The position numbers and the translations under genes were made by a program. Below are positions 18,471 to 28,927 of a stretch of DNA of 58,965 nt, one piece after another; the first letter of the stretch is position 1; the number at the start of each line of letters is the position of its first letter. The stretch lies in the NCBI GenBank assembly GCA_001819815.1, contig MHNO01000010.1, positions 67,847 through 126,811 of the forward strand, read 5' to 3'. The notes below the pieces were generated by a model. The model was not told the origin of the DNA, did not search any database, and saw only the letters and a program-made list of their open reading frames with translations. Origin of the DNA: Candidatus Ryanbacteria bacterium RIFCSPHIGHO2_02_FULL_45_17b. GTDB lineage: Bacteria > Patescibacteriota > Minisyncoccia > Ryanbacterales > 2-02-FULL-48-12.

Positions 18471-19087
18471 ATGGGAGATAAATTATTTTCACATGAATAT
18501 GACTTTTCCTATGATTCAAAGCGTCGCTTTGTAAGCTATTGGCATCAAATTCGCGAGGTTATATCGTGTGATCCTTTACAGGTATTGGAAATTGGTGTTG
18601 GGAGTGGATTTGTTAGCAGATATTTACGTGGGCGAGGTATAGCGGTGAAAACAGTTGATATTGATGCTTCACTGGAACCAGATGTGGTTGCTGATGTGAC
18701 AAAATTGCCATTTCTAGATTCATCATTTGATGTAGTTACTGCGTATGAAGTACTGGAACATATGCCATTTGAAAAATCTATAGAGGGGCTTTCTGAGTTG
18801 CGGAGAGTTTCAAGTAAATGGGTTTTAATTTCATTACCCGATGCGAGACACGCATTTCGGTTTGCGTGTACCATTCCACGTATTGGATATATGCAATATG
18901 TAGGCACGATTCCTTTTTAGTACCACCCCAAAGACCATACGCAAAAAGTCATACATGGGAACTTGGTATTAAAAATTATCCAATCTCACGATTTGTGGAT
19001 GTGTCTACGCGTATAGGTTTGCATGTAATAAAGACATACAGAGTGTTTGAAAATCCGTATCATCATTTTTTTGTTTTTAGAAAATAA
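18471..19087 (+). pseudogene. Class I SAM methyltransferase interrupted by a frameshift at a T5 run (18914-18918)
   Basis: The 18471 frame (VLEIGVGSGFVSRYL ... VLEHMPFEK) stops at TAG 18918. The -1 frame continues LVPPQRPYAKSHTWELG ... [16 protein letters not shown] to 19087. Confidence 0.5.
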
Positions 19088-19103
19088 AGAGTCAACGCAT
19101 GTT

Positions 19104-19820
19104 ATGAAAATTTCCATAGTACTTCCTATATATAATGAAGAACAGACTATTAAAGAGATTATCGCGCGTGTAAAAGCCGCGTCGTTTGGTTTTGAAGCTG
19201 AACGTGAACTGATTGCGGTAAATGACGGATCGCGCGACAAAACGCGGGAACTGCTGGATGAAATTTCGGGAATCACCACGATTCATTTTGAAACCAACAA
19301 AGGGAAAGGTGCCGCGCTTAAAGCGGGTTTTGAGCGCGCAACGGGAGATGTTATCCTTATACAAGATGCGGATCTTGAATATAACCCTGATGATTATCCA
19401 AAACTCCTTGCTCCCTTAGCGGAAGGGAAAGCTGACGTGGTGTATGGGTCGCGTTTTTACGGCGGACGCCAGCGCGTGCTGTATTTTTGGCATTATATGG
19501 GCAATAAGATGCTCACGTTTTTTTCCAACATGTTTACGAACTTTAATTTGTCCGACATGGAAACCGGTTATAAGGCATTTCGTCGGGAAGTTATCACGCG
19601 CATTGTGCCGCGTCTTCGTTCTCGGCGTTTTGGCATTGAGCCAGAGCTGACGGCTCGCATTGCCCACACGCGCAATGCCGCGGGCAAGCAATGGCGGGTG
19701 TATGAGGTGCCTATTCAATATGACGGCCGTACGTATGAAGAAGGGAAAAAAATCGGTTGGAGGGACGGTTTGAGGGCGGTCGGCGCGATTTTTTATTTTA
19801 ATATTATTGACCGTGGGTAA
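19104..19820 (+). CDS. GT2 glycosyltransferase (Dpm1/polyprenyl-phosphate sugar synthase-like, soluble type)
   Basis: [33 protein letters not shown], and [12 protein letters not shown]. Confidence 0.8.
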   Translation: MKISIVLPIYNEEQTIKEIIARVKAASFGFEAERELIAVNDGSRDKTRELLDEISGITTIHFETNKGKGAALKAGFERATGDVILIQDADLEYNPDDYPKLLAPLAEGKADVVYGSRFYGGRQRVLYFWHYMGNKMLTFFSNMFTNFNLSDMETGYKAFRREVITRIVPRLRSRRFGIEPELTARIAHTRNAAGKQWRVYEVPIQYDGRTYEEGKKIGWRDGLRAVGAIFYFNIIDRG

Positions 19821-19841
19821 TGATTGTGCGTTACATATAGT

Positions 19842-20783
19842 ATGAAACTTTTTGTTACAGGCGTTACGGGTTTTATAGGGAGCCATTTTGGGCGTATGGC
19901 GCTTGCGGCTGGCCACGACGTTGTTGGTTTTGCGCGCCAAAGCGACACGCGGAATATTCGCCGTATTGAAGACTATAAAGCTTCACCTCGGTTTCGTCTT
20001 GTCTACGGAGATCTTATTGGTGATATATCAGGGTTGCTAGAGGGAGCGGATGCGGTGGTAAACTTTGCAGCCCGCACGTTTGTGGACCATTCAATTCTTG
20101 ATCCCGAGCCTTTTATTTCATCAAACATCGTAGGTACTTATAAATTATTGGAACAGGCGCGTAAATATAAACCAAAGCTCTATGTTCAAGTTTCTACAGA
20201 CGAGGTGTATGGAGCAATTCTTGAGGGCGCGTATAAGGAAGATGCCCGCCTGAATCCGACAAACCCTTATTCTTCCACCAAAGCCGCCGCAGACATGCTT
20301 TGCGTCTCATATTGGAACACGTACAAGCTGCCTATTATTATTACGCGGACGGAAAATAATTACGGACCATGGCAACATCCGCAAAAAGCGATTCCTGTGT
20401 TTGTAAAAAAAGCTCTTTCGGACGAAGCCTTGCCGGTATATGGCGATGGCAAGCATCGGCGCATGTGGTTGCATGTGGAAGATCATTGCGGGGCTATTTT
20501 ACATCTTCTCCAACATGGAAACGCGGGGGAGATTTACCATGTGGCAGGCGAAGAAGAACTGGAAAACATTGAACTCGCTGGGCGTATTCTTGATATTCTT
20601 GGGAAGCCGCAGAGTTTAATTTCATTTGTGCCGGATCATGATGTGCGTCCCGGGCACGATAGACGCTACGCGCTTGATGTAACGAAACTTCGCGCTACCG
20701 GCTGGAGGCCTAGTCATACTCTTCGGGAAGGTCTTGAAGAGACTGTCATGTGGTATAAAAATCATCCGGAGTGGCGCCTATGA
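19842..20783 (+). CDS. rfbB: dTDP-glucose 4,6-dehydratase
   Basis: VTGVTGFIGSH, VSTDEVYG and YSSTKAAADML. It is translationally coupled to rfbA through an ATGA overlap. Confidence 0.85.
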   Translation: MKLFVTGVTGFIGSHFGRMALAAGHDVVGFARQSDTRNIRRIEDYKASPRFRLVYGDLIGDISGLLEGADAVVNFAARTFVDHSILDPEPFISSNIVGTYKLLEQARKYKPKLYVQVSTDEVYGAILEGAYKEDARLNPTNPYSSTKAAADMLCVSYWNTYKLPIIITRTENNYGPWQHPQKAIPVFVKKALSDEALPVYGDGKHRRMWLHVEDHCGAILHLLQHGNAGEIYHVAGEEELENIELAGRILDILGKPQSLISFVPDHDVRPGHDRRYALDVTKLRATGWRPSHTLREGLEETVMWYKNHPEWRL

Positions 20784-21517
20784 ATAAAATATTGAAAGGC
20801 GTTCTTCTTGCGGGTGGTACCGGTTCCCGTCTGAACCCTCTGACACAGATTACCAACAAACATCTTTTGCCGGTATACGATAAACCAATGGTACATTACG
20901 CGCTTGAGACGCTTCGCGCCGTTGGTATTGTGGATGTGTTGCTTGTGTCTGGCCGGGGGCATGCGGGACATTTTCTTGATCTGTTGGGTTCCGGAAAAGA
21001 ATTTGGACTACGCCTTTCGTACGAGGTGCAGGAGGAAGCAGGCGGCATTGCGCAAGCGCTTGGTCTTGCGAAAGATTTTTCTCGCGGCCAGAATATTGCG
21101 GTTATTCTGGGAGATAATATATTCATGCGTTCTGATGAGCTTCGAGACGGCATAGCCGGGTTTGCGGACGCACAGAGGGGAGCGCGGTTATTTTTAAAAC
21201 GCGTTCCTGACGCAAGTCGTTTTGGCGTAGCGGAAATACAGCGGGAGAACATTGTGTCTATAGAAGAAAAACCAAAAAATCCAAAATCAGATCTTGCAGT
21301 GACTGGTTTCTATGCGTATGATGCTTCCGTGTTCGATATTATTAAAACATTACAGCCATCGGGGCGGGGAGAGCTGGAAATTACTGATGTCAATAATCAT
21401 TATATTCAAAACGGAATAATGACGCACCGTATCATAGAAGGCGAGTGGACGGACGCGGGCACATTTGATTCATTATTGCGCGCTTCCTGTCTTGTGGCAG
21501 AACAAAAAACATCGTGA
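20780..21517 (+). CDS. rfbA: Glucose-1-phosphate thymidylyltransferase (short form)
   Basis: KGVLLAGGTGSRLNPLTQITNKHLLPVYDKPM, and GGIAQAL. Confidence 0.85.
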   Translation: MNKILKGVLLAGGTGSRLNPLTQITNKHLLPVYDKPMVHYALETLRAVGIVDVLLVSGRGHAGHFLDLLGSGKEFGLRLSYEVQEEAGGIAQALGLAKDFSRGQNIAVILGDNIFMRSDELRDGIAGFADAQRGARLFLKRVPDASRFGVAEIQRENIVSIEEKPKNPKSDLAVTGFYAYDASVFDIIKTLQPSGRGELEITDVNNHYIQNGIMTHRIIEGEWTDAGTFDSLLRASCLVAEQKTS

Positions 21518-22572
21518 ATATAGTATTTTTCACAAAGGGCGACCGCATGGTAGGATCGAGCCGTCAGCGCGTGTGGCTATTGGCTGAAAAACTCAAAGAA
21601 CAGTACGGGTGGAATTATGAAGTAGTGCACAGTATCCAGCACAGATTTTTTTCTCTGACGTCATCGCGTTTTAGGATACTGGTCCAAATTATTTCCAAGA
21701 TACGAAATACAAAATATGAACTATTGTTTATTCATAAATCTCTTTTCCCCTGGGATGTTGTTTTTCTTATACTCGCGGGAGGGTTTTTTGGCAAGAAACG
21801 TTTGATATATGATCTCGATGACGCGGAGTGGGAGCATTCCTATCTGAAGACATTATTGTTGGTGAAGTCGGCACATAAAGTTTTTTGCGGCTCGCATCCT
21901 ATTTTAGAATGGGCACAACGGCATACCCCGCGGGCCGTGTTGATTCCAACCGTTGTTGATGCCGATCTTTATAAATCTTTTTCGGTACCGCATGGCGAGC
22001 ATGCTGTTGCAACAATTGGGTGGGTTGGCGTGGGGAGAGGACATTTTTTAGACGGACATTTTGCTATGATAAAACCGGCGCTGGACGAGCTTTCAAAAAA
22101 AAAGTACCGGTTCCGGTTTGTTATTCTCGGCGCGCAGAATTATCAGCCCTTGAAGGATTATTTTAAAGGGGTCTCTTATGAAGTGGTTTTTGTGGATGAT
22201 TTGGATTGGGCGGATTCTACTGCGGTGCCCCATGCCATACAGCAGTATCAGTTTGATATAGGAGTAATGCCCACATCAGATACGGCATTTAACCGAGCAA
22301 AGTGCGCGTTTAAAGCTATAGAGTACATGGCGTGCGGCGTGCCAACGGTTGCATCCCGTGTGGGGGAGGCAGCGTATCTTATTGAAGACGGCGTAAATGG
22401 ATTTTTGGCGGATACCACGGAAGAATGGGTTTTTGCGCTTTCTACGCTTTTTACTGATACTCATTTACGTTCTCGCATGGGTGATTTTGCCAAACAGACA
22501 ATCCATGAGAGATATTCGTATACCAGTATGGTTCCTAAAATCGTGCGTAGTGTTGAGTCTTTAAGTATGTGA
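21514..22572 (+). CDS. GT-B fold glycosyltransferase (GT4-like)
   Basis: C-terminal EYMACGVPTVASRVGEAAYLIEDGVNGFL (E-x7-E region). GTG start overlaps the rfbA stop. Confidence 0.75.
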   Translation: MNIVFFTKGDRMVGSSRQRVWLLAEKLKEQYGWNYEVVHSIQHRFFSLTSSRFRILVQIISKIRNTKYELLFIHKSLFPWDVVFLILAGGFFGKKRLIYDLDDAEWEHSYLKTLLLVKSAHKVFCGSHPILEWAQRHTPRAVLIPTVVDADLYKSFSVPHGEHAVATIGWVGVGRGHFLDGHFAMIKPALDELSKKKYRFRFVILGAQNYQPLKDYFKGVSYEVVFVDDLDWADSTAVPHAIQQYQFDIGVMPTSDTAFNRAKCAFKAIEYMACGVPTVASRVGEAAYLIEDGVNGFLADTTEEWVFALSTLFTDTHLRSRMGDFAKQTIHERYSYTSMVPKIVRSVESLSM

Positions 22573-23405
22573 TGTTTTGGCGTACAATCAAATGTATGAA
22601 GAACATGGATATATTTTTCTTTGAATCGGATGCATTACGTGATATTGCAGTGAGTTATAAACAGGCCTATGTTACAGCGGAGCCTTTTCCGCATGTGGTG
22701 ATTGATAATTTTTTGCCGGATGTTGTCACAGAAGCCCTACGGTTGTCTTTTCCGAGTCCCGAGGCAATTTCATGGAAAGACAAAACACATGAGCACAGTA
22801 AGAAACTTGCTTCAAACAAAGAAGCGGATATGCCGTCCGCAATACGGCAGTTTTTGCTCCAGTGTAATTCTTCTACTTTCATTTCTTTTCTTGAAGAGCT
22901 CTCAGGTATCGCGTCGCTTATTCCCGATCCGCATTATGAAGGCGGAGGTATGCACCAGATAAAATCGGGCGGGTATCTTGATGTGCATGCAGATTTTAAT
23001 TATCATCACATGTATCACTTAGATCGTCGGTTGAACATGCTTCTGTATCTTAATAAAGATTGGAAAGAAGAATACGGTGGACATTTGGAACTATGGGACA
23101 GGAGTATGAAAACGTGCGTGAAAAAAGTACTGCCTATTTTTAACCGGTGCGTGATTTTTACCACGAGCGATTTTTCTTACCATGGCCATCCGGTACCACT
23201 TACGGCTCCGCCGGGGGAGACGCGAAAGTCATTAGCGCTTTACTATTATACAAATGGAAGGCCTGAAGGGGAGACGGGCGGCATTTCACACAAAACACTG
23301 TATCAGTCTCCTAAAACACATAGGAATGTTTTATTGCGACATGTAAAACAGTTATTACCTCCTATTATTACTGAGATTATACGCAGAGTTCGTAAAAAAC
23401 TATGA
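22569..23405 (+). CDS. 2OG-Fe(II) oxygenase family protein
   Basis: GGYLDVHADFN (HxD), YGGHLELWD, and FSYHGHP with the distal His. The start could be 22572 or a later Met. Confidence 0.7.
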   Translation: MMFWRTIKCMKNMDIFFFESDALRDIAVSYKQAYVTAEPFPHVVIDNFLPDVVTEALRLSFPSPEAISWKDKTHEHSKKLASNKEADMPSAIRQFLLQCNSSTFISFLEELSGIASLIPDPHYEGGGMHQIKSGGYLDVHADFNYHHMYHLDRRLNMLLYLNKDWKEEYGGHLELWDRSMKTCVKKVLPIFNRCVIFTTSDFSYHGHPVPLTAPPGETRKSLALYYYTNGRPEGETGGISHKTLYQSPKTHRNVLLRHVKQLLPPIITEIIRRVRKKL

Positions 23406-24676
23406 ATGGCAATTTTAAACAGGAATATTTTTTTGTACTGGTCGGTCTCTGTTTTTTTATTTTGGCAGGATTGGTAAATGAATGGACAGTTGCTTCATGG
23501 TTGAGTTATGGCGGGTTTCTTGATGTGTTTGATCGTGTGGTTATTGCTGTATTTGATGTGCTTATGATGGTGTGTGGCATTTTTTTTATATGGAGACGAA
23601 AAAGATTGCATGTGGGTTTTCCGGAATTTGGATTATTTTGTGGTACTCTCGTATTATTGTTTGCAGGCAGTGAGGTTGTGGCGCGTGTAATTGATAATGC
23701 CCACGGACATGATTTTTTAAAAAATAAACAGCGGGCAGAACGCGGCATTGTCCCGTTTCGGATGTTTGGTCCCGATTGGTATGCTAAGGAAGGGGATATC
23801 CGTTATATTGTTGGCAGACATGGAGAACGATATCCATTTACAAAAGCAGAAGGAACATTTCGCATTGTCGCAATAGGTGGTTCTACTACACAACAGCAAG
23901 TTGAAGGCATAGATTTTCCACGTCGACTGGAAGAATTACTTCAAAAACAATATCCGGAAAAAGTTATTGAGGTCATAAATGTTGGGAATTCAAGCTATAC
24001 TACAGCACACTTTATTATTCTTCTTTCACTTGATATTATATCGTGGAATCCTGATCTTATTATTGCGAGTGAAAATATCAATGATTTAACCGCTACCTAC
24101 TTTCCTAATTTCGCACTGGATTATGGAAACAAATTTAGCAATGAAGCATTTTTAGCACAATCATCGCGTATGCAGGTTTTGTTTGGATGGTCGCGGTTAT
24201 ATTGGGTACTGCGGAGCAGGCTGGAGGCTTTTTCATACCGCATGTTGGAAGCTGCTGATATAGTGTATACACGTAAATCTTATGGGAATAATCCTCCGTT
24301 GGAAAGTAGTGCTGTATTTAGGCGTAATTGGGAAACAATTCTTTCAATAGCTCACGCAAAAAATATTCCTATTATAATGGCTTCTCAACCATTGGAGCCA
24401 TCTGAGGAATATTGGGATTTACATATGCGCTACAAGAAATATAATAATGTTTCCGTGTATCCTCTCCATGCGGAATTTTTATCGCATCATACGATGTTTA
24501 ATGATATTATAAAAAAAGTTGCAGGTTTACCTGGAGCTTACTTTCTTGATAATGCTGCAGTATTTTCTGGAAAGAAAGAATTATTTTCAGATTTTGTTCA
24601 TTATACACGCACGGGCATTGAACAGCTCGCAAAAAATTATGCGGCGTTTATTGCGCAGGAACATTTTATTAAATAA
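23402..24676 (+). CDS. Membrane-anchored SGNH/GDSL hydrolase (probable glycan O-acyl esterase/transferase)
   Basis: Three N-terminal TM segments, block I FRIVAIGGSTT, and block V DFVHYTRTG. Confidence 0.65.
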   Translation: MNGNFKQEYFFVLVGLCFFILAGLVNEWTVASWLSYGGFLDVFDRVVIAVFDVLMMVCGIFFIWRRKRLHVGFPEFGLFCGTLVLLFAGSEVVARVIDNAHGHDFLKNKQRAERGIVPFRMFGPDWYAKEGDIRYIVGRHGERYPFTKAEGTFRIVAIGGSTTQQQVEGIDFPRRLEELLQKQYPEKVIEVINVGNSSYTTAHFIILLSLDIISWNPDLIIASENINDLTATYFPNFALDYGNKFSNEAFLAQSSRMQVLFGWSRLYWVLRSRLEAFSYRMLEAADIVYTRKSYGNNPPLESSAVFRRNWETILSIAHAKNIPIIMASQPLEPSEEYWDLHMRYKKYNNVSVYPLHAEFLSHHTMFNDIIKKVAGLPGAYFLDNAAVFSGKKELFSDFVHYTRTGIEQLAKNYAAFIAQEHFIK

Positions 24677-24681
24677 GAGGT

Positions 24682-24846
24682 ATGCCTGAAGATTCCCAAA
24701 TAGGTATAAAAAAAATCGAACGTATATAAGCATCCGGTGGCGAAGAGTTGTATATGCCGATAGACGGGCATTTTAATACATATGGGCATGAGGTGGTTGC
24801 CGGCATTTTTCGGGAAGCTATTTTGAATAGCCATGCTTTAGAATAA
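24682..24846 (+). pseudogene. Relic of a second SGNH-hydrolase C-terminus with an in-frame TAA
   Basis: ATG 24682 opens MPEDSQIGIKKIERI, then a stop at 24727, and the same frame continues ASGGEELYMPIDGHFNTYGHEVVAGIFREAIL. This is an SGNH block V-like DGHxN..GH motif. Confidence 0.4.
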
Positions 24847-24853
24847 AAATACT

Positions 24854-25699
24854 ATGGAGAATATAGCATGCAACTTGTGTGGCGCGCGGAACGAACAATT
24901 CCTTTTTTATGGGTATGACATTGACTATCATACGGGTGAGGAGCAATTTCGGCTTGTACGCTGTGTTTCTTGTGGTTTAGTTTATATTAATCCACGTCCG
25001 GAAGAGAAAGAAATGAAAAATTATTACCCTGATTCGTATCGGCCTCATCACACGAAACATACAAAAGAGTCCTTATTTTATTATCAGGAGCCTCTACATC
25101 CCGAAAGGCGCGTATTGGATGTGGGATGCGGGAGCGGCGAACTTTTGGAATCCATTGCGGAACGAGAAAAAAACACCGCTTTATATGGCGTAGACATAGA
25201 CGAACGGGCAGTGGCGGCATCACGAGCGTCCGGGTTTCCTGTTATTCACGGAACGCTTTTTGACGCTCACTATCCGGATTCTTATTTTGACGAAATACAC
25301 ATGATACATATGCTGGAACACGTACAGGACCCAAAAGCGGTACTGCGGGAGGCAGCAAGAATTTTAAAACCTGCCGGGGTTTTAAAAATTGAGGTTCCTA
25401 ACTTTCACAACATATCCCGCATAATATTTGGCAACAAATGGAAGCGTCTTGATATGCCCCGCCATTTATATCATTTTACATCCAGAACTTTGACCGTGAT
25501 GCTTCAACGCGCCGGCTTCTCGCGGAGCACGGTTACCGGCATTGCCTCGCCGAAATATTTTTTGCAGAGCTTTGCGTTTTGGTGGCAGGGTAAAAAGCAA
25601 TCATATCCGCGTTTTGTGTGGTATTTTTTTACGCCTCCCGCGCGTCTCGCGGCTTTGTTAGGCATTTCAAGCACAATGAGGGCTGTTGTGCGGAAGTAG
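24854..25699 (+). CDS. Class I SAM methyltransferase with an N-terminal Cys4 zinc ribbon
   Basis: CNLCG ... CVSCG, followed by VLDVGCGSGELL. Confidence 0.75.
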   Translation: MENIACNLCGARNEQFLFYGYDIDYHTGEEQFRLVRCVSCGLVYINPRPEEKEMKNYYPDSYRPHHTKHTKESLFYYQEPLHPERRVLDVGCGSGELLESIAEREKNTALYGVDIDERAVAASRASGFPVIHGTLFDAHYPDSYFDEIHMIHMLEHVQDPKAVLREAARILKPAGVLKIEVPNFHNISRIIFGNKWKRLDMPRHLYHFTSRTLTVMLQRAGFSRSTVTGIASPKYFLQSFAFWWQGKKQSYPRFVWYFFTPPARLAALLGISSTMRAVVRK

Positions 25700-25716
25700 T
25701 ACAAAAAACGTTTCCA

Positions 25717-26484
25717 TTATGACTTTCGGAAGATTCCGACGAAACGTCTCGCGTGGTGTATCGGGACTTTGTTAAGAAAATGCGGATAGAAAGTTTTGGT
25801 GAGGAATTGTATGGCAGGATGCAATGTCCAGAGGCGGTTTTTTGCAAGTCGAAAAAAGAAAAGATATAATGTCCGAATATATCCTGTTCCATCTTGTCCT
25901 GTCACTTGATTTGCTATGAAATAGGGGGCAAGGGCGTTACAAAAAGTCGCTTCTGAAAAGTGCTGTTCGTGTTTTTCTATTACCGGCATGAGAAGTGAAG
26001 GACTACTTACGATAATAATACCATTGTCCCGTAGGATGCGTGAGAGTTCTTTTGCTATCCGTTCTCGCCCAGCGCTTGGAACATGTTCCAGTACCTCAAT
26101 AAGAAATATAATATCAAACGATTTGTCTGGGAAAGAAAGTTTATCGATTTGCTCCACATAAAATTTGGCATGTGGCGCAAGAAGTTGCGCAAAAGAGATT
26201 GCCCGTTCGGAGTAATCAACCCCTGTAACCGATTGAGGATTTTTTGTGGCTATCAGTGATGTAAAAAATCCATCGCCGCAGCCCGCATCAAGCACATTTT
26301 TTTCCTTAAAATTTCCCGCGTACATAAGAGCTATGTTCCAATATCCAAAATATACGGCGCCTTTTTTTGTGGCGCGTTCAATGAGCCAGTGATAGGGTAA
26401 AACATATTCTTCTTCTTGGAATTGCTGTGTGCCGCTTTGTCCGGGCGGGGTTGGATGGTTGTTGGTTTTGTCAGGCGTATTCAT
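25717..26484 (-). CDS. Class I SAM-dependent methyltransferase
   Basis: VLDAGCGDGFFTSLI, and DIIFLIEVLEHV. Confidence 0.75.
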   Translation of the reverse strand: MNTPDKTNNHPTPPGQSGTQQFQEEEYVLPYHWLIERATKKGAVYFGYWNIALMYAGNFKEKNVLDAGCGDGFFTSLIATKNPQSVTGVDYSERAISFAQLLAPHAKFYVEQIDKLSFPDKSFDIIFLIEVLEHVPSAGRERIAKELSRILRDNGIIIVSSPSLLMPVIEKHEQHFSEATFCNALAPYFIANQVTGQDGTGYIRTLYLFFFRLAKNRLWTLHPAIQFLTKTFYPHFLNKVPIHHARRFVGIFRKS

Positions 26485-26486
26485 TG

Positions 26487-27446
26487 CTACTTTATGTTAT
26501 TTTTTACTATTCGTTTTAAAACATATTGTATGTACGCATATATGTACAAGAACAAGTATTTACTGCGGAATGGTTTTGTGATAAAAGCAAGACGCGCATA
26601 GTCTCGCGCTTTTCCAAAGTTGTATTCCCTTACGGTAGCAAACGCATGGCCAAGCGTATACGCAAATTCAGCGGAAATATCGGGATATTGCATGTATAAT
26701 ATTCTATGCTTGAGGAATAATTGTTCTCGCGCCGCCCGCCGATCGCTTTTGTTCCGGGAAATACTGTCCTCTGAAACATGGAGCGTAACGCGCACATGAG
26801 GATTGTACAAAAATTCATAATGTTCCGCGAGACGCACAATAAAATCTCCGTCACCGAATACCCGAAAGTTTTCATCGAACTCGCCGATGTTTTCCAAGCA
26901 CGCTCTCTTAAAAAGTAATGCTTGCATGGTAATATAGAAATCCCCCCGCAATATGGTTGTGAGCAGATTATTGTTTGTATGTGTGTAGTTGACGGGCGGC
27001 ACGAAGGCCTTTATGCCACTAAAATATACTTTTTCAATCTGAGAAAATACGCCACCAATCATATCGGGTGTTCCTTGAATGAGAGCGACTTCTTCCCCCA
27101 GTTTTTTCGGATGCCATTCATCGTCCGAATCCTGCAATGCAATGTATGTTCCCACAGAATTTTTTATGCAGGTATTCCGTGATGGATACAAGCCTTTTTT
27201 TGTTTCGTGGCGAATATAACGGATACGGGGGTCATGAAATGAATCAATAAGCGATTTTGTATCATCTGTTGATCCATCATCAACGATAATAAGCTCAAAA
27301 TCCGTAAAAGTTTGGTTCAGGATGCTTTCTATGGAACGTCTTAAAAGGGGGGCGCGGTTGAATGTGGGGATAGAAACACTCACAAGAGGTATTGACATAT
27401 TGGTTCCGATCGTTACATAATTTTTGAGATGGGCACTAGTATTCAA
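26487..27446 (-). CDS. GT2 glycosyltransferase
   Basis: VSVSIPTFNRAPLLRRSIESILNQTFTDFELIIVDDGSTDDT, and LQDSDDEW. The true start may be the internal Met at 27398. Confidence 0.8.
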   Translation of the reverse strand: MNTSAHLKNYVTIGTNMSIPLVSVSIPTFNRAPLLRRSIESILNQTFTDFELIIVDDGSTDDTKSLIDSFHDPRIRYIRHETKKGLYPSRNTCIKNSVGTYIALQDSDDEWHPKKLGEEVALIQGTPDMIGGVFSQIEKVYFSGIKAFVPPVNYTHTNNNLLTTILRGDFYITMQALLFKRACLENIGEFDENFRVFGDGDFIVRLAEHYEFLYNPHVRVTLHVSEDSISRNKSDRRAAREQLFLKHRILYMQYPDISAEFAYTLGHAFATVREYNFGKARDYARLAFITKPFRSKYLFLYIYAYIQYVLKRIVKNNIK

Positions 27447-28116
27447 CCGTATCTCTGCCGCTCATGAGCTCGGCGCGTTCTACGCCCGGTGTGTTTCGCA
27501 GTGCGGCAAGAAACGCGCCGCTGGCAGATTCATTGGCAAGTTTAATACTCAGCGTGTATTCAGTAAACTGTTCATCCAGTGTTTTTGCACTCAAGAATTG
27601 CTGTGTTTTTAATGCTGTGTGCCAAGTAGCAGCTGTTTCCGGTAAAAAGGGCGGCTTTGCGAGGATTATAAGAATATAGCCTCCGCGGCCCGATGCTGCG
27701 GCAGAGGCGAAGTTATACTGATTCAAAAGAAGGATAATTCCTGATATTACCAAGGTGCCCAGAAGCGCAACCACATAATTATTTGTGCCCACCGCAACAC
27801 CAATCGCAAGAGCAAAAAACACAAACGCGATATCGCGGGTTTCTTTCATGATGGTGCGGAAGCGAATCAGGGAAAATGCGCCTAACAAGGCAAATGCGCC
27901 GACAATATTTTCGGTAACAACCATCATAATGAGGTTCGCGATAAGCCCCATAATGATCATGGTAAATATAAATGACTGAGAGTATGAAAGTGTGCGATGG
28001 GTTTTCCGATATACCCAGGCAATTACAAGTTCCAACCCAAACACAAAGAAGAGGTTTATCACCACAATGGCTGCGCTAACTTCTGTTTCTGCAAGTAAAA
28101 TGAAATTATCCAGCAT
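27436..28116 (-). CDS. DUF4956 family membrane protein
   Basis: The LGAFSLIRFRTIMKETRDIAFVFFALAIGVAVG signature, 4-5 TM segments, and position directly after a VTC-domain gene. Confidence 0.7.
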   Translation of the reverse strand: MLDNFILLAETEVSAAIVVINLFFVFGLELVIAWVYRKTHRTLSYSQSFIFTMIIMGLIANLIMMVVTENIVGAFALLGAFSLIRFRTIMKETRDIAFVFFALAIGVAVGTNNYVVALLGTLVISGIILLLNQYNFASAAASGRGGYILIILAKPPFLPETAATWHTALKTQQFLSAKTLDEQFTEYTLSIKLANESASGAFLAALRNTPGVERAELMSGRDTVEY

Positions 28117-28154
28117 ACAAAAATGATACGTCTAAACAAATAATTCGTCAAGCT

Positions 28155-28883
28155 TTATCGCGGAACCGGATGGTAGCGATAAATCGTTTCCACCGATCTG
28201 CCATATTTTGAAAATGCCGTACGCGAGATATCAAATTCACATAACAACAAGCGGAACCAATGGGGTAATGTGTAAGAAAATTTTACTTCCATGACAGTGC
28301 TATCAGTAACGCGCTCCATGAAGGGAATCTCACGCAAATCGCGCGCGGCACAGGCTTCTATATTGGAATCAAATGTTATGCGGAGAGAAGATTGGTGCGA
28401 AGCAATAAGCGGGTAGCGCACGTAGCGCACCGCAACAATCGGTTTCATGCCGTATATCATGAGCGGTAGAAAGATTGGGTGATTTTTGACAAGATCAATT
28501 CGCGGGCCGTAAAGAAGTTCTTGGTAGTTTTTTTCTGAAAGGAGCACACGTTTTTTTGAAACAAGCATTTCATATTTTTCTTTTTTCTCAAGCCATATCT
28601 CCGGTGTTTTATCGGTAAGAAAGGGCTGATAAATTCGGACGCGAATTTTTTTGCGGTGCAAGAAACCGCCGGCCTTATCCGCATAATCCTCTAAAGTGGG
28701 CGTATCAAAATACAAGCTGGTGACAGGATATGACCCGCTGGCATGAATTTGCAATGCTCTCGGGTCCGCTTTCATGCCAAAATGTAGCAAGCGTGAATGA
28801 ATTGCCTGCGCTCTATTTGGGTCCATCACGTATTTAAATTCAAAACGTGTATGCTGTTCCATGTGTTTGTTTAGAGTCCTCAA
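28155..28883 (-). CDS. VTC-domain (polyphosphate polymerase / triphosphate-tunnel) protein
   Basis: FEFKYVM, YPVTSLYFDTP, RKKIRVRIY and WLEKKEKYEMLVSKKRV: alternating basic beta-strands typical of the CYTH/VTC tunnel. Confidence 0.7.
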   Translation of the reverse strand: MRTLNKHMEQHTRFEFKYVMDPNRAQAIHSRLLHFGMKADPRALQIHASGSYPVTSLYFDTPTLEDYADKAGGFLHRKKIRVRIYQPFLTDKTPEIWLEKKEKYEMLVSKKRVLLSEKNYQELLYGPRIDLVKNHPIFLPLMIYGMKPIVAVRYVRYPLIASHQSSLRITFDSNIEACAARDLREIPFMERVTDSTVMEVKFSYTLPHWFRLLLCEFDISRTAFSKYGRSVETIYRYHPVPR

Positions 28884-28927
28884 GTGTACTATCTTTTAAT
28901 TAGTAACGATTATTTTTGAGATGGGAT

